Assembly (NCBI GenBank): GCA_965261685.1
Contig: CBDHDI010000019.1
Location: forward strand, 78,005-142,004
Length of the DNA stretch: 64,000 nt
Direction: 5' to 3'
Source: Dehalococcoidia bacterium
Lineage (GTDB): Bacteria > Chloroflexota > Dehalococcoidia > UBA2979
This document shows positions 1 to 10,272 of the stretch, piece by piece. A program made the translations under genes and the position numbers. Under the pieces are notes generated by a model. That model was not told where the DNA came from. It saw only the letters and a program-made list of their open reading frames with translations, and did no database searches. Every line of letters begins with the position of its first letter. The first letter of the stretch is position 1.

Positions 1-475
1 CACCGCGGGTGTAGTTGTAGGCGGCTCTCCAGCCGGCGGTGAAACTCCTTTCGAAACGGTCCAGTTCCGCCACGTTCGCTCTCCTGCAACTCTGAGCACG
101 ACGACAGTACGCTGGTTGTCTGACAATGTCAATATGTAAGTCTCCTACACGCTATCATCTGTCAAACGCCCTACCCGTCGACGACGGTGGGAGTATCAAC
201 GTGGCGAGCGGGGCGGCGGGGTGGCCTGTCCGCATCCGGCGCAGCCCTGATGCGACTGGGAGTGAGCCGCTCAGTACCCCGGCCGACCGTACGGGCCGGA
301 TTGTGGCGCGGGGCGGCGGCGCGTGGGCCGGCCGTCCGGATCGCGTGCGCGGCTACCCCGCGACCCGGACCCGTTCTGGCCACGCTGGAGCCTATGAGCG
401 AAACGCCTCGGCTCAGCCCGGGGTCGTAAGCGATGACAAGAGGTAGCCTGAGATGGGAGCACGCGCGGACTAACA

Positions 476-3400
476 ATGAGCCACCGGAAGAAGCGTCGGG
501 GTCGACCGAGGAGGAGAAACCCGCCCCTGGCGAGCGGGGCACCTACTCGCGCTCCCGAGCAGGACTGGAGCCGTGCCGGCGCTCACAACATTGCGGGTGT
601 GAGCTTTCAGGTCGCGGTGACCGCGAAGCTTCTTGTGGGCGCACTTGCAGGCCGGTTTCCGTTGGCCCGCGCGACCCCCGAGGGCTCCGAAGACATAGAT
701 GTCGAACTCAGGGATGGGACTCGGGTGCTCGTCCAGGTGAAAGAACGTGCTCCGTCCACACCCTTCGGACGTTCGAATCTCGCGGACGCCCTGCGGAAGA
801 AGAACACTCTCCTCGAAGGAGACGCTGCTCGCCGGTTCGCCCTGGTGACGGACGCGACGCTTGGCGGCGGCCTGGCTCCGACCGGCTGGGAGCGGCCTGT
901 CACGGAGTGCATTGACCGAACCACTGTCGACGAGCTCGCCGCGCACCTCGAATCCGACTTCGACGATCCCCTGGGGGTCCTGGCCCGAACCCACATCGTG
1001 CAGGTAGAGCGAAGTGTCGTCGAAGACACTCGAAGCGAGCTCGCTGAGCTGCAGGTAATCGGGAGCCGGCCGTCTGTGACCGTCCTTGTCTACGCGCGGC
1101 TGGTGGAACAGATCACCGAGATCGCGGCTCGCCAGCGCTCGGCCACACCAGACACCGCCCAGTCGATCACGCCGTCCGACTTGGAGACACTCGCGACGCG
1201 GGTGGTCGAGACGGTAGATGTCGAGAGCCTGGATGAGGCAGTTCGCACCGGACTCGTCGAGCCCGCGGACTTCGGCGTGCGGGCCGATCTGTCCATCGAA
1301 GAATTCCTGGCCGGCGTCGACGTTCTGCCCGCCCACATTGCGGCCGACCTCGACCTGCCCCGCGACGCCGAGGTTCAAGCGCTCACGCACGCTTTGAGCG
1401 AACAGCATTCGGCGCTGCTCACGGGGCCCTCGGGAGCCGGCAAGTCAGCGCTCATGTGGCGGACCGCTCGAGAACTCTCGGAGGGGACGCGATCGTACCG
1501 ACTGCGGCGACTCCTGCCCGAAGATGTCCCGACCCTTGCGAGGTGGCTCCGGCTGCAGGAGCCCTCCGAGCACTATCCGCTGCTGTTGTGCGCCGACAAC
1601 CTCGGCCGTCCAGCCACCGCGGGCTGGTCCGAATTCGCCCGAGAGTTCATCGACAGGCCCGGTGTACTGCTACTGGGAGCCTGCCGGGAGGAGGACTATC
1701 GCCCGGAGCTGGCGGTGGGCCGGACCACGATTGTCGACCCGACACTCGACCGGGGGCTTGCCGAGGGCATCGGAGCGGCACTGGCCGACCGTGACGTCCA
1801 CACGGTCGTGGACATCGCCGAAGCGTTCGAAGTTTCGGAGGGCCTGCTCATGGAGTTCCTCTCGATGCTGCTGACGGGACGCCGCCTCAAACAGGTCGTC
1901 GAGGATCAGGTGGCAGCCCGCCTCTCGGAGGATCGGAGGACCGAGCGAGAGATCCTCCGATACGTAGCAACGGCCCACTCTGCCGGCGTGGCGATTCCGG
2001 CGGAAGTGCTTGAATCGCTGCTTCCCGACCACGACCTCACTCCAGCCCTCGCCGTACTGAACCGCGAGCACCTTGTCGTCGCGGGCGACGGGAACCGTTG
2101 GCTGGGCCTGCACGAGCTTCGCTCCGAGGTCGCGCGCGACTACCTCCACCAATTCCCGCCTCCGGCTGCGGCAACCACCGTCCGGCGCCTCGTGGAGCAC
2201 CTCTCCGTCGATGACGCGAGCCGGATCATCGAGGTGTATGCCCGGCTGGATGCGGACTTGGTGCCTGCTGCGGAGGCGGTGTCTGGGAGGCTGCGTTCAT
2301 CGGACATCCACGCCGGAGACGCCACACGATTGGTGGCGAGTCTGGCGATGGCCGACGCATTCCGCCACGCCCGCGCGTGCCTGGAGGTCATCGAGGAGCG
2401 CCGGCCAAGAAGCCTCGACCCTTGGACGGCACTCTTCTTTGCCTACTCGCATCGCTTCGGTGGGGTCCGTTTAGACGCCCTCATTGCGATTCGCCCTGGT
2501 CTCGCTCAGCTGACCGAGATGGCGGCTGCGCTGCCACCGCGGCCACCGTCGCTGCGGGACGCGTGCCTGCAGGGCCTGTCTCCGAAAGCCGTGCGTTACA
2601 TCGCACTCCGAGGAACCGCCGACGAGGCTGCTGCATGGCTTGAGTCTCTTGAAGGTTCCGGTGCTGAGCCGACGGCGGCAGCTGAAGCGGTCTGGACCCA
2701 CTTCAGCGGAGCGCCGCTCGATGCTGGCGCACGTCTGTCCGCGACCCTCAGATCGCTCGCCGCACCGGAGGACACCGCACACCTGGGTGAGGTGTTTGGG
2801 ACTCTCGATGTCCAGGTACAGCGACTCGCCGCCGAACTCCCGGATTGTATTGGCGCCGAAACGAAGGACGAACCGGACGGAAGGGTGGTCTCCCTGCGAC
2901 TTTTGGCGCCGGAGGATGCCGCAACGCTTCACGACCGGAGCGTGCAGACGTGCCGGGTGATCTTCGACCTGTGCCCTGAAGCCGACATAGCAGAAGTGAT
3001 CGTCGTCACCCCCGGCGGGGATCGCTACTCCGTTGGCGGTGCCGAGGATGGCCACAAGCGTTTCCCAAGGGCCAATCTTCCGCGGGCGCCCCAAACGAGC
3101 GGGAACGCGAATCTCCTTCGCGCGGCCCGGCTCTTGCTCGCTTCCCACTATTGGACCCAACCGCTGCGAGCGCTTGCCGAAGCCTCCAAGCAGCTACTCA
3201 CACTCCGGGAGGACGCGGCAGCCTGGCTGATCAATCCCAATCACAACGCGGGGCGCAGGCGCAGGGCGGTCACGCTCATCGACTCGCTCGTGGCCGAACT
3301 TGCTGCTCAACCGGGCGAGCCGGTAGGTGAAGACGACGGCGAGGTCGGTAGCAAGGCGAGGGACGCCATGAGCGAAGCACTCACCGTCGTTCGCGACATC

Positions 3401-4432
3401 GCGGCCGCTGAGTCCGTCGACGGTCAGCAGTTGGCGGCTCTCGGCTCGCGGTGCAGGAAGGCCGTCGAGCGTCTCACGGCGGCGCGGCTGGCCGGTCTTC
3501 CCACACTCTCAACCGCTGGCGATCCGCTGCCCGACGCGCTCGACGAGATGATCATGCTGCTCGCCGATGTCCTACTCGTGCATGCCGAGGGCCGTGAAGT
3601 GCCCTTCAGGCGCCTTCGGAGGAGTGGCTCGGAGTCATGGGTGGACGTCGCGGATCGTTTGGTGCGCGAGGCCGCCTCGAGCGGTTACGAGGCGGAGCAT
3701 GCGGCTCTGGAAGAAGCTCTCGGGGCGTCGGCTGAGCGCGAACTCCGCCGGGTTGGGCACGTGGATATGGGGTCTTTGTGGTTCCTCACGGACCGGTGGG
3801 TAGTCATCATCGCGGCTGAAAGTAACGATCCTTATCCCTTGGCCTTTGCTGACCGCCTAGCTCCGGAACTGGTCGAGCAGCTTGCCTTCCGAACCTTCGT
3901 GGTCTTCGGCGCTGGGGGACGCATCCTGCCGCTGAACGGGCTCAAGATGGGTACGTCCCAACTCTGGCCAGCGGACGAAGAAGAGTTGCTGGCGATTGCA
4001 TCAGGGCTTGGCACGGAAGTTGTGGAGTCGCCTCACCTTCAAGCCTGGGACGCATTCGTCATGGAGCTCGTTCGAGCTTCCCGCGCGGCAGCCTTGCTTC
4101 GGCTGCGGGGCAACACGAGCTTGGCGCGAGACGACGCGGCGTTGAGATCCCGCTACGAGTCCGCTCGCAGAGCATTGAAGGCGTGTCACCCGGCTCTGCA
4201 CGACGAAGCCACCCGGTTGCTCGAACGCGTCGAGCGTGAGCCATCTGGCGGCGGGCAGACCCTCGCCGAGGAGTGCTATCGCTCGGTGACGCACGGTGAG
4301 CAGAGTGATGAGGTGGCTGACCTTGCTGCTCTCAGGGTCGCCGCGCAGTCCATCGACCTCCCTGACGGTTACGGGGAGTCACGGCCCGACCTGCTCCAAG
4401 AGCGCTTGCCGGCAGGGCAGTCTCCACGCTAG
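476..4432 (+). CDS. Large STAND-type P-loop NTPase (Avs-like) with an N-terminal PD-(D/E)xK-like nuclease motif and a long C-terminal helical region
   Basis: 1318-aa ORF. Walker A LLTGPSGAGKSALMW sits ~310 aa in; Walker B-like LLLCADNL lies downstream. The N-terminal region has DIDVEL...VLVQVKER, a D...(E/Q)xK arrangement typical of restriction-endonuclease-fold nucleases. The long C-terminal alpha-rich region resembles a sensor domain. The start at 476 is uncertain because the N-terminus is Arg-rich. Confidence 0.55.
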   Translation: MSHRKKRRGRPRRRNPPLASGAPTRAPEQDWSRAGAHNIAGVSFQVAVTAKLLVGALAGRFPLARATPEGSEDIDVELRDGTRVLVQVKERAPSTPFGRSNLADALRKKNTLLEGDAARRFALVTDATLGGGLAPTGWERPVTECIDRTTVDELAAHLESDFDDPLGVLARTHIVQVERSVVEDTRSELAELQVIGSRPSVTVLVYARLVEQITEIAARQRSATPDTAQSITPSDLETLATRVVETVDVESLDEAVRTGLVEPADFGVRADLSIEEFLAGVDVLPAHIAADLDLPRDAEVQALTHALSEQHSALLTGPSGAGKSALMWRTARELSEGTRSYRLRRLLPEDVPTLARWLRLQEPSEHYPLLLCADNLGRPATAGWSEFAREFIDRPGVLLLGACREEDYRPELAVGRTTIVDPTLDRGLAEGIGAALADRDVHTVVDIAEAFEVSEGLLMEFLSMLLTGRRLKQVVEDQVAARLSEDRRTEREILRYVATAHSAGVAIPAEVLESLLPDHDLTPALAVLNREHLVVAGDGNRWLGLHELRSEVARDYLHQFPPPAAATTVRRLVEHLSVDDASRIIEVYARLDADLVPAAEAVSGRLRSSDIHAGDATRLVASLAMADAFRHARACLEVIEERRPRSLDPWTALFFAYSHRFGGVRLDALIAIRPGLAQLTEMAAALPPRPPSLRDACLQGLSPKAVRYIALRGTADEAAAWLESLEGSGAEPTAAAEAVWTHFSGAPLDAGARLSATLRSLAAPEDTAHLGEVFGTLDVQVQRLAAELPDCIGAETKDEPDGRVVSLRLLAPEDAATLHDRSVQTCRVIFDLCPEADIAEVIVVTPGGDRYSVGGAEDGHKRFPRANLPRAPQTSGNANLLRAARLLLASHYWTQPLRALAEASKQLLTLREDAAAWLINPNHNAGRRRRAVTLIDSLVAELAAQPGEPVGEDDGEVGSKARDAMSEALTVVRDIAAAESVDGQQLAALGSRCRKAVERLTAARLAGLPTLSTAGDPLPDALDEMIMLLADVLLVHAEGREVPFRRLRRSGSESWVDVADRLVREAASSGYEAEHAALEEALGASAERELRRVGHVDMGSLWFLTDRWVVIIAAESNDPYPLAFADRLAPELVEQLAFRTFVVFGAGGRILPLNGLKMGTSQLWPADEEELLAIASGLGTEVVESPHLQAWDAFVMELVRASRAAALLRLRGNTSLARDDAALRSRYESARRALKACHPALHDEATRLLERVEREPSGGGQTLAEECYRSVTHGEQSDEVADLAALRVAAQSIDLPDGYGESRPDLLQERLPAGQSPR

Positions 4433-4795
4433 TCGGGGGATTCGGGCTAACGCTCCAGCGCCTCCCAAGAGCGGGCTCGCCCCGGCGATCGCGGAGCGCC
4501 GGAGCGAGAACGTGCAGCTGCACGGCGATTGTTTCACGAGATCGAATTCACTCGCCCGGGCACCCCACTGGCTCGGCACCAGCGTATTCCGTTATCCGAC
4601 TTCACGACCGCCGCTGATAGCCCGCGGCGGGTGGACGGAGACCACCCTCGGCGAGCCCGGGTTCGGGCCTTGGCGGGGCCTTCCACAACGCGCGATAATG
4701 TTACCTACCGCGCGTCGGCCGAGGGCCTGATCTCGCCCCGCAGGACCACCGCGACCCACCCGCGAGCGAGCGAGGGCTGCCGCGTGAGTCGCCGA

Positions 4796-7700
4796 TCAGG
4801 GACGACCTTGTGCCCTTGTTCGCCTCGGGGTGACCGGGCTGACATCAGCCACGATGACCGCAATCTTCCGGGCTTCCTCGCCAGTGAGAGTCTCCCCCAG
4901 GCGCCGCTCCAGCTCGGCGGGCGTCGTGGGGCGGACCCCGTGGGGGGGTGCCTGCAGATCATCCTGGCCGAACCACAACACCAGGTAGATTCCATAGCCC
5001 GACGTTTCGGCATCGCGCGTGTAGTGCTTGATCAACTGGTCCCGGATGGCGCTCCACACATCCCGGTGCGCGTCCTTCTTGATCTCCACGGGGACGTTGA
5101 AGCCGCCGCACGAGACGCGGATATCGGACCGCCGGTCCCCCGCGTACTGCCCCTCGGGTTCAGCGTCCACGCCGTCCGGGAGCCTGGCTCTCAGCTGGGA
5201 GAGCAGCGCGTCCCTGCACGAGTTCTCGTGCTTGGGGCGGCCCCGGTCCGGGCGGCCGTGGGCATCCTCGTTCCAGTACGGGCGCCAGTCGTCGCTGTTG
5301 CCGGTCTGGATCGCCTTGGCGATGTCCTCCAGCCGATCGAGCAGGAGTGCGGCCAAGTCGGCCGGATTCGCCGGCTGCTCGTCCGCGAGCGCGCGATGTA
5401 GCTGATCGAGATTCGGGTGGCGGTACGCGGCGTCGCGGTGGAGGACTCGCTGGTCGTCGCGGGCTCGCTCGAGCCGGGCGCGCCAGCGAGCGAGATCAGG
5501 GTCGGACGCTAGCGCGCTCAATGCCTGCGTGGCGTCGTCGCCGGGTAGGGCACTCAGACGCCGTATCAGGCGCTCGATCTTGCCGGAAGCTGTCATCTCA
5601 AGCGTCACGAACCCGGACATGTCCGATGGCGCGAACGAGCGGCCCATCAATGCGATGAGGGTTCTGAGCGCCGGCGCGCGCTCCTCGTAGCTCGGCGAGG
5701 GGAGGCGGACCGCAGAGCCGCTGGAGCCGAAGAATGCAGCGAGCGCCCGCACACGTCGCTCGCGACCACGCACGAATTCGTCGAGTTGTTCGGTGTACGC
5801 CTCGGGCGCGGCGACGAACCCCGCAGCGAGCCAGCGGACTTGCTGGGCCACCTCCATGCTCTGCCGCAAGAGTCTCGCGTCGACGAGCTCGAGCAGGTTC
5901 GACCGGTCAGGATAGGAGAGAGCGATCCAGAGGAGGCGATCGAGAGTCTCCAGCTTGTTGAGACCGGCCCGGAGCGGGAACTTCCGCAGTACATGCAAAG
6001 TGGTCTGGTGCTTCAGGACGGGATCCGCCTCAAGGAGGTTGATGGCCTCAAGCGCCGGAGCGTAGCTGTCACTATGGCGGATCGCCGTCACGAGGCACCG
6101 AGCCGCCACATCCGCAACGACCTTGGAGAACAGGCTCACCCAGACGCTGTGCCAGTGTGGGAACCCATTGAAGCCCGGCGCACTACAGTAGAAGAACGCC
6201 AACCCCGTCCGCACCTGGCTCTCGGTTAGCTCTGCCAGCCGTTCCGGAGGCTCCCACTCGAGGATGTCCAGACCAGCGAGGAACGGGAAGGCGAAGTAGT
6301 GCATCCGGGATGTTCGCTTCAACCGGATGATCTCATCAACGTCTGGGACATCACTCCGCCACACCGTCCCGCGTAGCCCGGCCAGGGCGGCCTCAATGAG
6401 GTGGTCGTCGCCAGCAAGGAGTGTCGAGAGTCGCTCGTTCGGGGTCCGACGACCGTCCCAGTTCGTCCCGTAGAGGAAGTATGCCCGGCCGAGGTTGTGG
6501 AGCAGCCCGAGCGGGGCCTGGTTCTTGCGCAGTGCTTCGGCGTGAGAGCGAACGACGGCGATCCCATCGTCGCGGGCACGTTTCTCCTCCTCATCAGCTT
6601 GACCGACCTGAGCTGCCTCGGTTGCTTCGAACGTGGCACGGCTCGCCGCTCGGTCGAGCAACACCGGAAAATGCTGCTCCAGGACTTCGTGCCCACGAAT
6701 GCGCTCCCTGAGGACATCCTGCGACAGGCCTCGGTTCCAGAGCGGTTCATCATGCGCAAGAAAGGCCCTCTCCAGAAGTTCCTCCGCAGCCCTCGGATGG
6801 GCGATCGCGAGTGCGGCGGCCTGATCGAGGCACCACAGCCCATAGTCGGGCGGGAAGGCGCTCCCATGCAGAGCCCCCCAGACCTCCAGGACATCGAGCC
6901 GGAAGCTGTCACTGCCATGGCAGCGTTCCAGCCCCTCGAGGATCACCGCCTTCTGGACGTCGGGCCGCTGCTGGAGCCACTCGCGAACCTGCAGCAGCGA
7001 CTCGTCCTGGGAATCGGGGTGCCGCCCGAGCGGAAAGACCGCCGAGCGGAGCCAGTCGTAGAGGTGCGGCGTTGTGAGTTGGTCACCGTACGCGGCAAGC
7101 CCGCGGGCAAGCAGCTGTAGCGGGAGCGAGTCGGCCCCTTGGGATTCGAGGGCAGTCCGTGCGCCTGGAAGGCGCTGTGACAGGTGGTCGAGGAGTTCCG
7201 CGACATCGCCCTCTGACGACTGGTTCGGCAAGTGGTGATGCCAGAACAGCCAGTAGTTCCCTGTTGGACGGAGGTAACTGCCTCCCAGATCTGGGTTTCC
7301 GCCGCCCGTGAGATGGTCCCAGACCTCATCGGGGCCGACGGTCTGCGGGTATAGGCGCGACAGCAGCGTTCCGCGCATTTCGTGATCCGGGTCTGGAATG
7401 GACCCCTCGCGGACTTCCTCTAGGACGCGCGTAAGTTCGCTGGTCCGATCGTCGCCTTTGTCGGTAGCACGGAGCGCTGCGTGAAGGGCCAATTCGGTGA
7501 TGTCGAGCGGCCAGGCGACGTCGCGAACCACCGCCAGCAGCGTCGGGATCAACTCGGGGCGGCGCGGCCCTCCTCCCAAGAGCGCTAGCACGAGCCGTGC
7601 CACCGGCTGCCGGTCGGGATCGCGAGACGGGCTCGTCAGGAGGCCGACGATCACCTGCTTCATGTCGGGAGCGGTGAGCGCCCCGAGCGCGCTGGCGGCT

Positions 7701-8950
7701 TCGAGCCACGACACCTCGCGCCGCAGCAGGTTGAGCGCCTCGCTTCGAGTCAGGGCGCGTAGGAGCTTGCTCCGCTCGTCGGTCGAGAAATCGCGGAGGT
7801 CGCCATAGAGGGCGGCCCCGAGAGGATCCCTGGTGATGAGGAGGTCGCGTGCCTCGCTGCGGTGGGCCGCCAGCCAACCTGAGAGGCCCCGCATCTCGGT
7901 GACGACGGCCGCGTCGGCGCCGCTGATCAGCGCGAGCACCCGCCGCGCGGGGAGCCCGTCCCGAATGCGCCGCGCGAGATACCGGGCGCCCAGGAACTCG
8001 GCGACATGGCGGTGGACAGGCGCGAGCCGGCCCCCGCCGACGGCCCCAAACAACTTCGTGCCGATCGCGTGATCGAGAGCGGAGGAATCGGGGTAGTCGC
8101 AGTCACCCAGGGCGAGGAAATCGGGGTCGGCCTCGCCATTTCTGCGGGAGTGTCCGGCCGCACCCGTCACGAGTTGAGTCGCGCAGAGGTAGCCGGCAGC
8201 GTCGAGCAACTGGTCCTGCCCTGGTGGGCGGTCCCCGAGGGCGTGCTCCTCGTTGTGCTCAGTGGCCATCTGAAGGCAGGCCATCTCGAACGTCTCGAGG
8301 CGACTCTCTGGCCAGCCCGCCTTCTTGCTAACCACATCGGCCAGCATGTTGAGGGTCTGAGGGTTGGTGAGGAGGGCGTCGACGCCTCGCTCGCCCGCCC
8401 GTTCCACGAAGGCACGCGCGTCTTCGATTCCGGGGTGGCTGCCCAGGATCCGCTCGATGCCCGAAGGGGTAAGAGGATCGAGCCGAAGCGTCGTGACTGC
8501 CGCGCTAGGAGCCACGGCGTCGAGCCTTGCCCGATCGTTCTCGCCCAGCCAGTCCGCCTCCCGGCACGAGATGCGGAAGGACGGGCGTCCGAGCGCATCA
8601 AGGCGCCGGCGGATGTCGTCGAGGGGCGTGCGCCTGTCGGAGGAGCCAGCACGCACCTCATCGAGGCCGTCGATGAAGAGGGTCTTGTCTTTCCACTCTG
8701 GATATCGAGCGAGGTCCAGCACCAGGAAGTCGCGAGCATCGAGCAGGACGGAGGCTTCGCCTAGTTCCTCGCACTCACGCTTGAAGGCGGTGGTCTTCCC
8801 GGAGCCTGGGTCGCCCAGGAGGATATACGCCGTTTCGGATCGGAACGCGCTCACAGGCTCGGAACTCGCCTCGGGGTCGGGTCGCTCCTGGGGCCGGGGA
8901 ACTCTCGTGCAGGTGCGCGCGACGATGTGCGTCATGGTTCGCCGAACCAT
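4796..8950 (-). CDS. NACHT-like P-loop NTPase with a C-terminal PD-(D/E)xK-like nuclease domain
   Basis: 1384-aa ORF. Walker A ILLGDPGSGKTT. NACHT-type Walker B LFIDGLDEV (hhhhDGxDE). The C-terminal ~150 aa contain DIRVSCGGFNVPVEIKKD (D...ExK) followed by YGIYLVLWFG. Its start overlaps the stop of the upstream COG1373 gene. Confidence 0.55.
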   Translation of the reverse strand: MVRRTMTHIVARTCTRVPRPQERPDPEASSEPVSAFRSETAYILLGDPGSGKTTAFKRECEELGEASVLLDARDFLVLDLARYPEWKDKTLFIDGLDEVRAGSSDRRTPLDDIRRRLDALGRPSFRISCREADWLGENDRARLDAVAPSAAVTTLRLDPLTPSGIERILGSHPGIEDARAFVERAGERGVDALLTNPQTLNMLADVVSKKAGWPESRLETFEMACLQMATEHNEEHALGDRPPGQDQLLDAAGYLCATQLVTGAAGHSRRNGEADPDFLALGDCDYPDSSALDHAIGTKLFGAVGGGRLAPVHRHVAEFLGARYLARRIRDGLPARRVLALISGADAAVVTEMRGLSGWLAAHRSEARDLLITRDPLGAALYGDLRDFSTDERSKLLRALTRSEALNLLRREVSWLEAASALGALTAPDMKQVIVGLLTSPSRDPDRQPVARLVLALLGGGPRRPELIPTLLAVVRDVAWPLDITELALHAALRATDKGDDRTSELTRVLEEVREGSIPDPDHEMRGTLLSRLYPQTVGPDEVWDHLTGGGNPDLGGSYLRPTGNYWLFWHHHLPNQSSEGDVAELLDHLSQRLPGARTALESQGADSLPLQLLARGLAAYGDQLTTPHLYDWLRSAVFPLGRHPDSQDESLLQVREWLQQRPDVQKAVILEGLERCHGSDSFRLDVLEVWGALHGSAFPPDYGLWCLDQAAALAIAHPRAAEELLERAFLAHDEPLWNRGLSQDVLRERIRGHEVLEQHFPVLLDRAASRATFEATEAAQVGQADEEEKRARDDGIAVVRSHAEALRKNQAPLGLLHNLGRAYFLYGTNWDGRRTPNERLSTLLAGDDHLIEAALAGLRGTVWRSDVPDVDEIIRLKRTSRMHYFAFPFLAGLDILEWEPPERLAELTESQVRTGLAFFYCSAPGFNGFPHWHSVWVSLFSKVVADVAARCLVTAIRHSDSYAPALEAINLLEADPVLKHQTTLHVLRKFPLRAGLNKLETLDRLLWIALSYPDRSNLLELVDARLLRQSMEVAQQVRWLAAGFVAAPEAYTEQLDEFVRGRERRVRALAAFFGSSGSAVRLPSPSYEERAPALRTLIALMGRSFAPSDMSGFVTLEMTASGKIERLIRRLSALPGDDATQALSALASDPDLARWRARLERARDDQRVLHRDAAYRHPNLDQLHRALADEQPANPADLAALLLDRLEDIAKAIQTGNSDDWRPYWNEDAHGRPDRGRPKHENSCRDALLSQLRARLPDGVDAEPEGQYAGDRRSDIRVSCGGFNVPVEIKKDAHRDVWSAIRDQLIKHYTRDAETSGYGIYLVLWFGQDDLQAPPHGVRPTTPAELERRLGETLTGEEARKIAVIVADVSPVTPRRTRAQGRP

Positions 8951-10206
8951 TCGTGCGCTGGGGCCGAGAGAAACTCGTTGAGCGGGATCCCACCCTCCCC
9001 GACAACGAGCGGTCGTGGCGCGTCGAACCGCTCTTCAAACGCGCGCATGGCGCGGTCGTTGGCGCGCCCGTCACCGCTCTTGACCTCGATCCCCACAACC
9101 CGGGGGCCTCGCCGGAGTACGAAGTCGACCTCGTGCGGACCGTCTCGCCAGTACGACATGCCCAGGTTCGGCGGAGCCGTGTTGAAGAGGTGCGCCCCCA
9201 CCGCGCTCTCGACGAGTCTTCCCCAGAAGGTGCGGTCGGCCTTCGCTTCAGCAAAGGAGTATCTGGACGCGGCCGTCATGAGCGCGGTGTTGAGCACGTT
9301 GAGTTTCGGGCTCGACGCTCGGCGGCGCTGCGAACTCCCGGAGTGCTTCGGCAGCCCCGTGAGCAAGCCCGCCGTGGACAGCAGATCGAGATAGCGCGCC
9401 AGCGTCGTCGTGTTGCCGGCGTCCAGGAGCTGTCCGAGCATCTTGTTGTACGAGAGGATCTGCCCGGAGTAGGCCGCCCCGAGCTCGAACAGGTTCTTGA
9501 GCAACGCCGGCTTGTCCACTCGGGTCATCGCGAGGAGGTCACGCTCGAGATGGGGCTCGACGAGCGCATGCAGGATGTAGTCCCGCCACCGTTCCTCATC
9601 CCGGATGAGGGTGACGGCGCCCGGGTAGCCGCCGAAGTAGATGTACTCGTCGAGGGTCAGGTCGAACGCTGCGGACATCTCGGGGAACGCCCAGTGCGTG
9701 ATGCGGATCGGTTCGAACCGGCCGGCCAGACTCTCGCTCAGCCCTGACTGCATCTGGAGCGGGGCCGAGCCGAGGACCACAACGTGCAGGGGCACGCTCC
9801 TGGCGCGGTCGGAATCCCAGAGCCCCTTGATGGTGTCGGACCAGTCCGGGATCTTCTGGATCTCATCGAATACGAGCACAAAGCCCTGGGACGACTCCTG
9901 TGCCTGTTGCCGGGCGTGTTCCCAGGTGCGAGCGAGCCACGCTCTGCCGCGCTCCTCTGTGAGTGGGGCAGTGTCCTCGATGGGCGCAGCGAGGGAGATG
10001 CCGGGAGCCGATGGTGCCGGCTCATCGACCGCGAGATACTGGTTCGGCCGGTCGACCTGGGCGAGCGCCTGGTGCACCATCGTGGTCTTGCCGGTCTGGC
10101 GAGGCCCGAAGATCGCGATCAGCCTGTTCGGCGACTCCTCGAGCCGCGAGACGAGGGTTGTTACACTCTCTCGCTGGAAGCGATCCATGGGGCTATGGTA
10201 CGGCAC
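8932..10206 (-). CDS. AAA+ ATPase of the COG1373 type (AAA_14 + DUF4143)
   Basis: 424 aa. N-terminus LIAIFGPRQTGKTTMV (Walker A), then FDEIQKIPDW (Walker B). The C-terminal ...EVDFVLRRGPRVVGIEVKSGD matches the restriction-endonuclease-like DUF4143 module. It lies immediately upstream of the NACHT-like gene on the same strand with a 19-nt overlap. Confidence 0.8.
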   Translation of the reverse strand: MPYHSPMDRFQRESVTTLVSRLEESPNRLIAIFGPRQTGKTTMVHQALAQVDRPNQYLAVDEPAPSAPGISLAAPIEDTAPLTEERGRAWLARTWEHARQQAQESSQGFVLVFDEIQKIPDWSDTIKGLWDSDRARSVPLHVVVLGSAPLQMQSGLSESLAGRFEPIRITHWAFPEMSAAFDLTLDEYIYFGGYPGAVTLIRDEERWRDYILHALVEPHLERDLLAMTRVDKPALLKNLFELGAAYSGQILSYNKMLGQLLDAGNTTTLARYLDLLSTAGLLTGLPKHSGSSQRRRASSPKLNVLNTALMTAASRYSFAEAKADRTFWGRLVESAVGAHLFNTAPPNLGMSYWRDGPHEVDFVLRRGPRVVGIEVKSGDGRANDRAMRAFEERFDAPRPLVVGEGGIPLNEFLSAPAHEWFGEP

Positions 10207-10272
10207 TGAGTAAAACTACTCAATAGCGACACTCGCAGTGCTTTCGCTTGCCCGCGAACGCCTCCTGACCCG

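Noticed and set aside
126-542. Short ORFs (106 aa +, 123 aa -) upstream of the Avs-like gene
   Set aside because: They overlap each other and the leader/promoter region and have no motifs. They are more likely non-coding leader sequence containing the palindromic site.
470-1408. 312-aa minus-strand ORF antisense to the Avs-like gene
   Set aside because: It lies entirely inside a longer, motif-bearing sense ORF and has no recognisable motif. Long antisense ORFs are common in GC-rich DNA because stop codons are rare.
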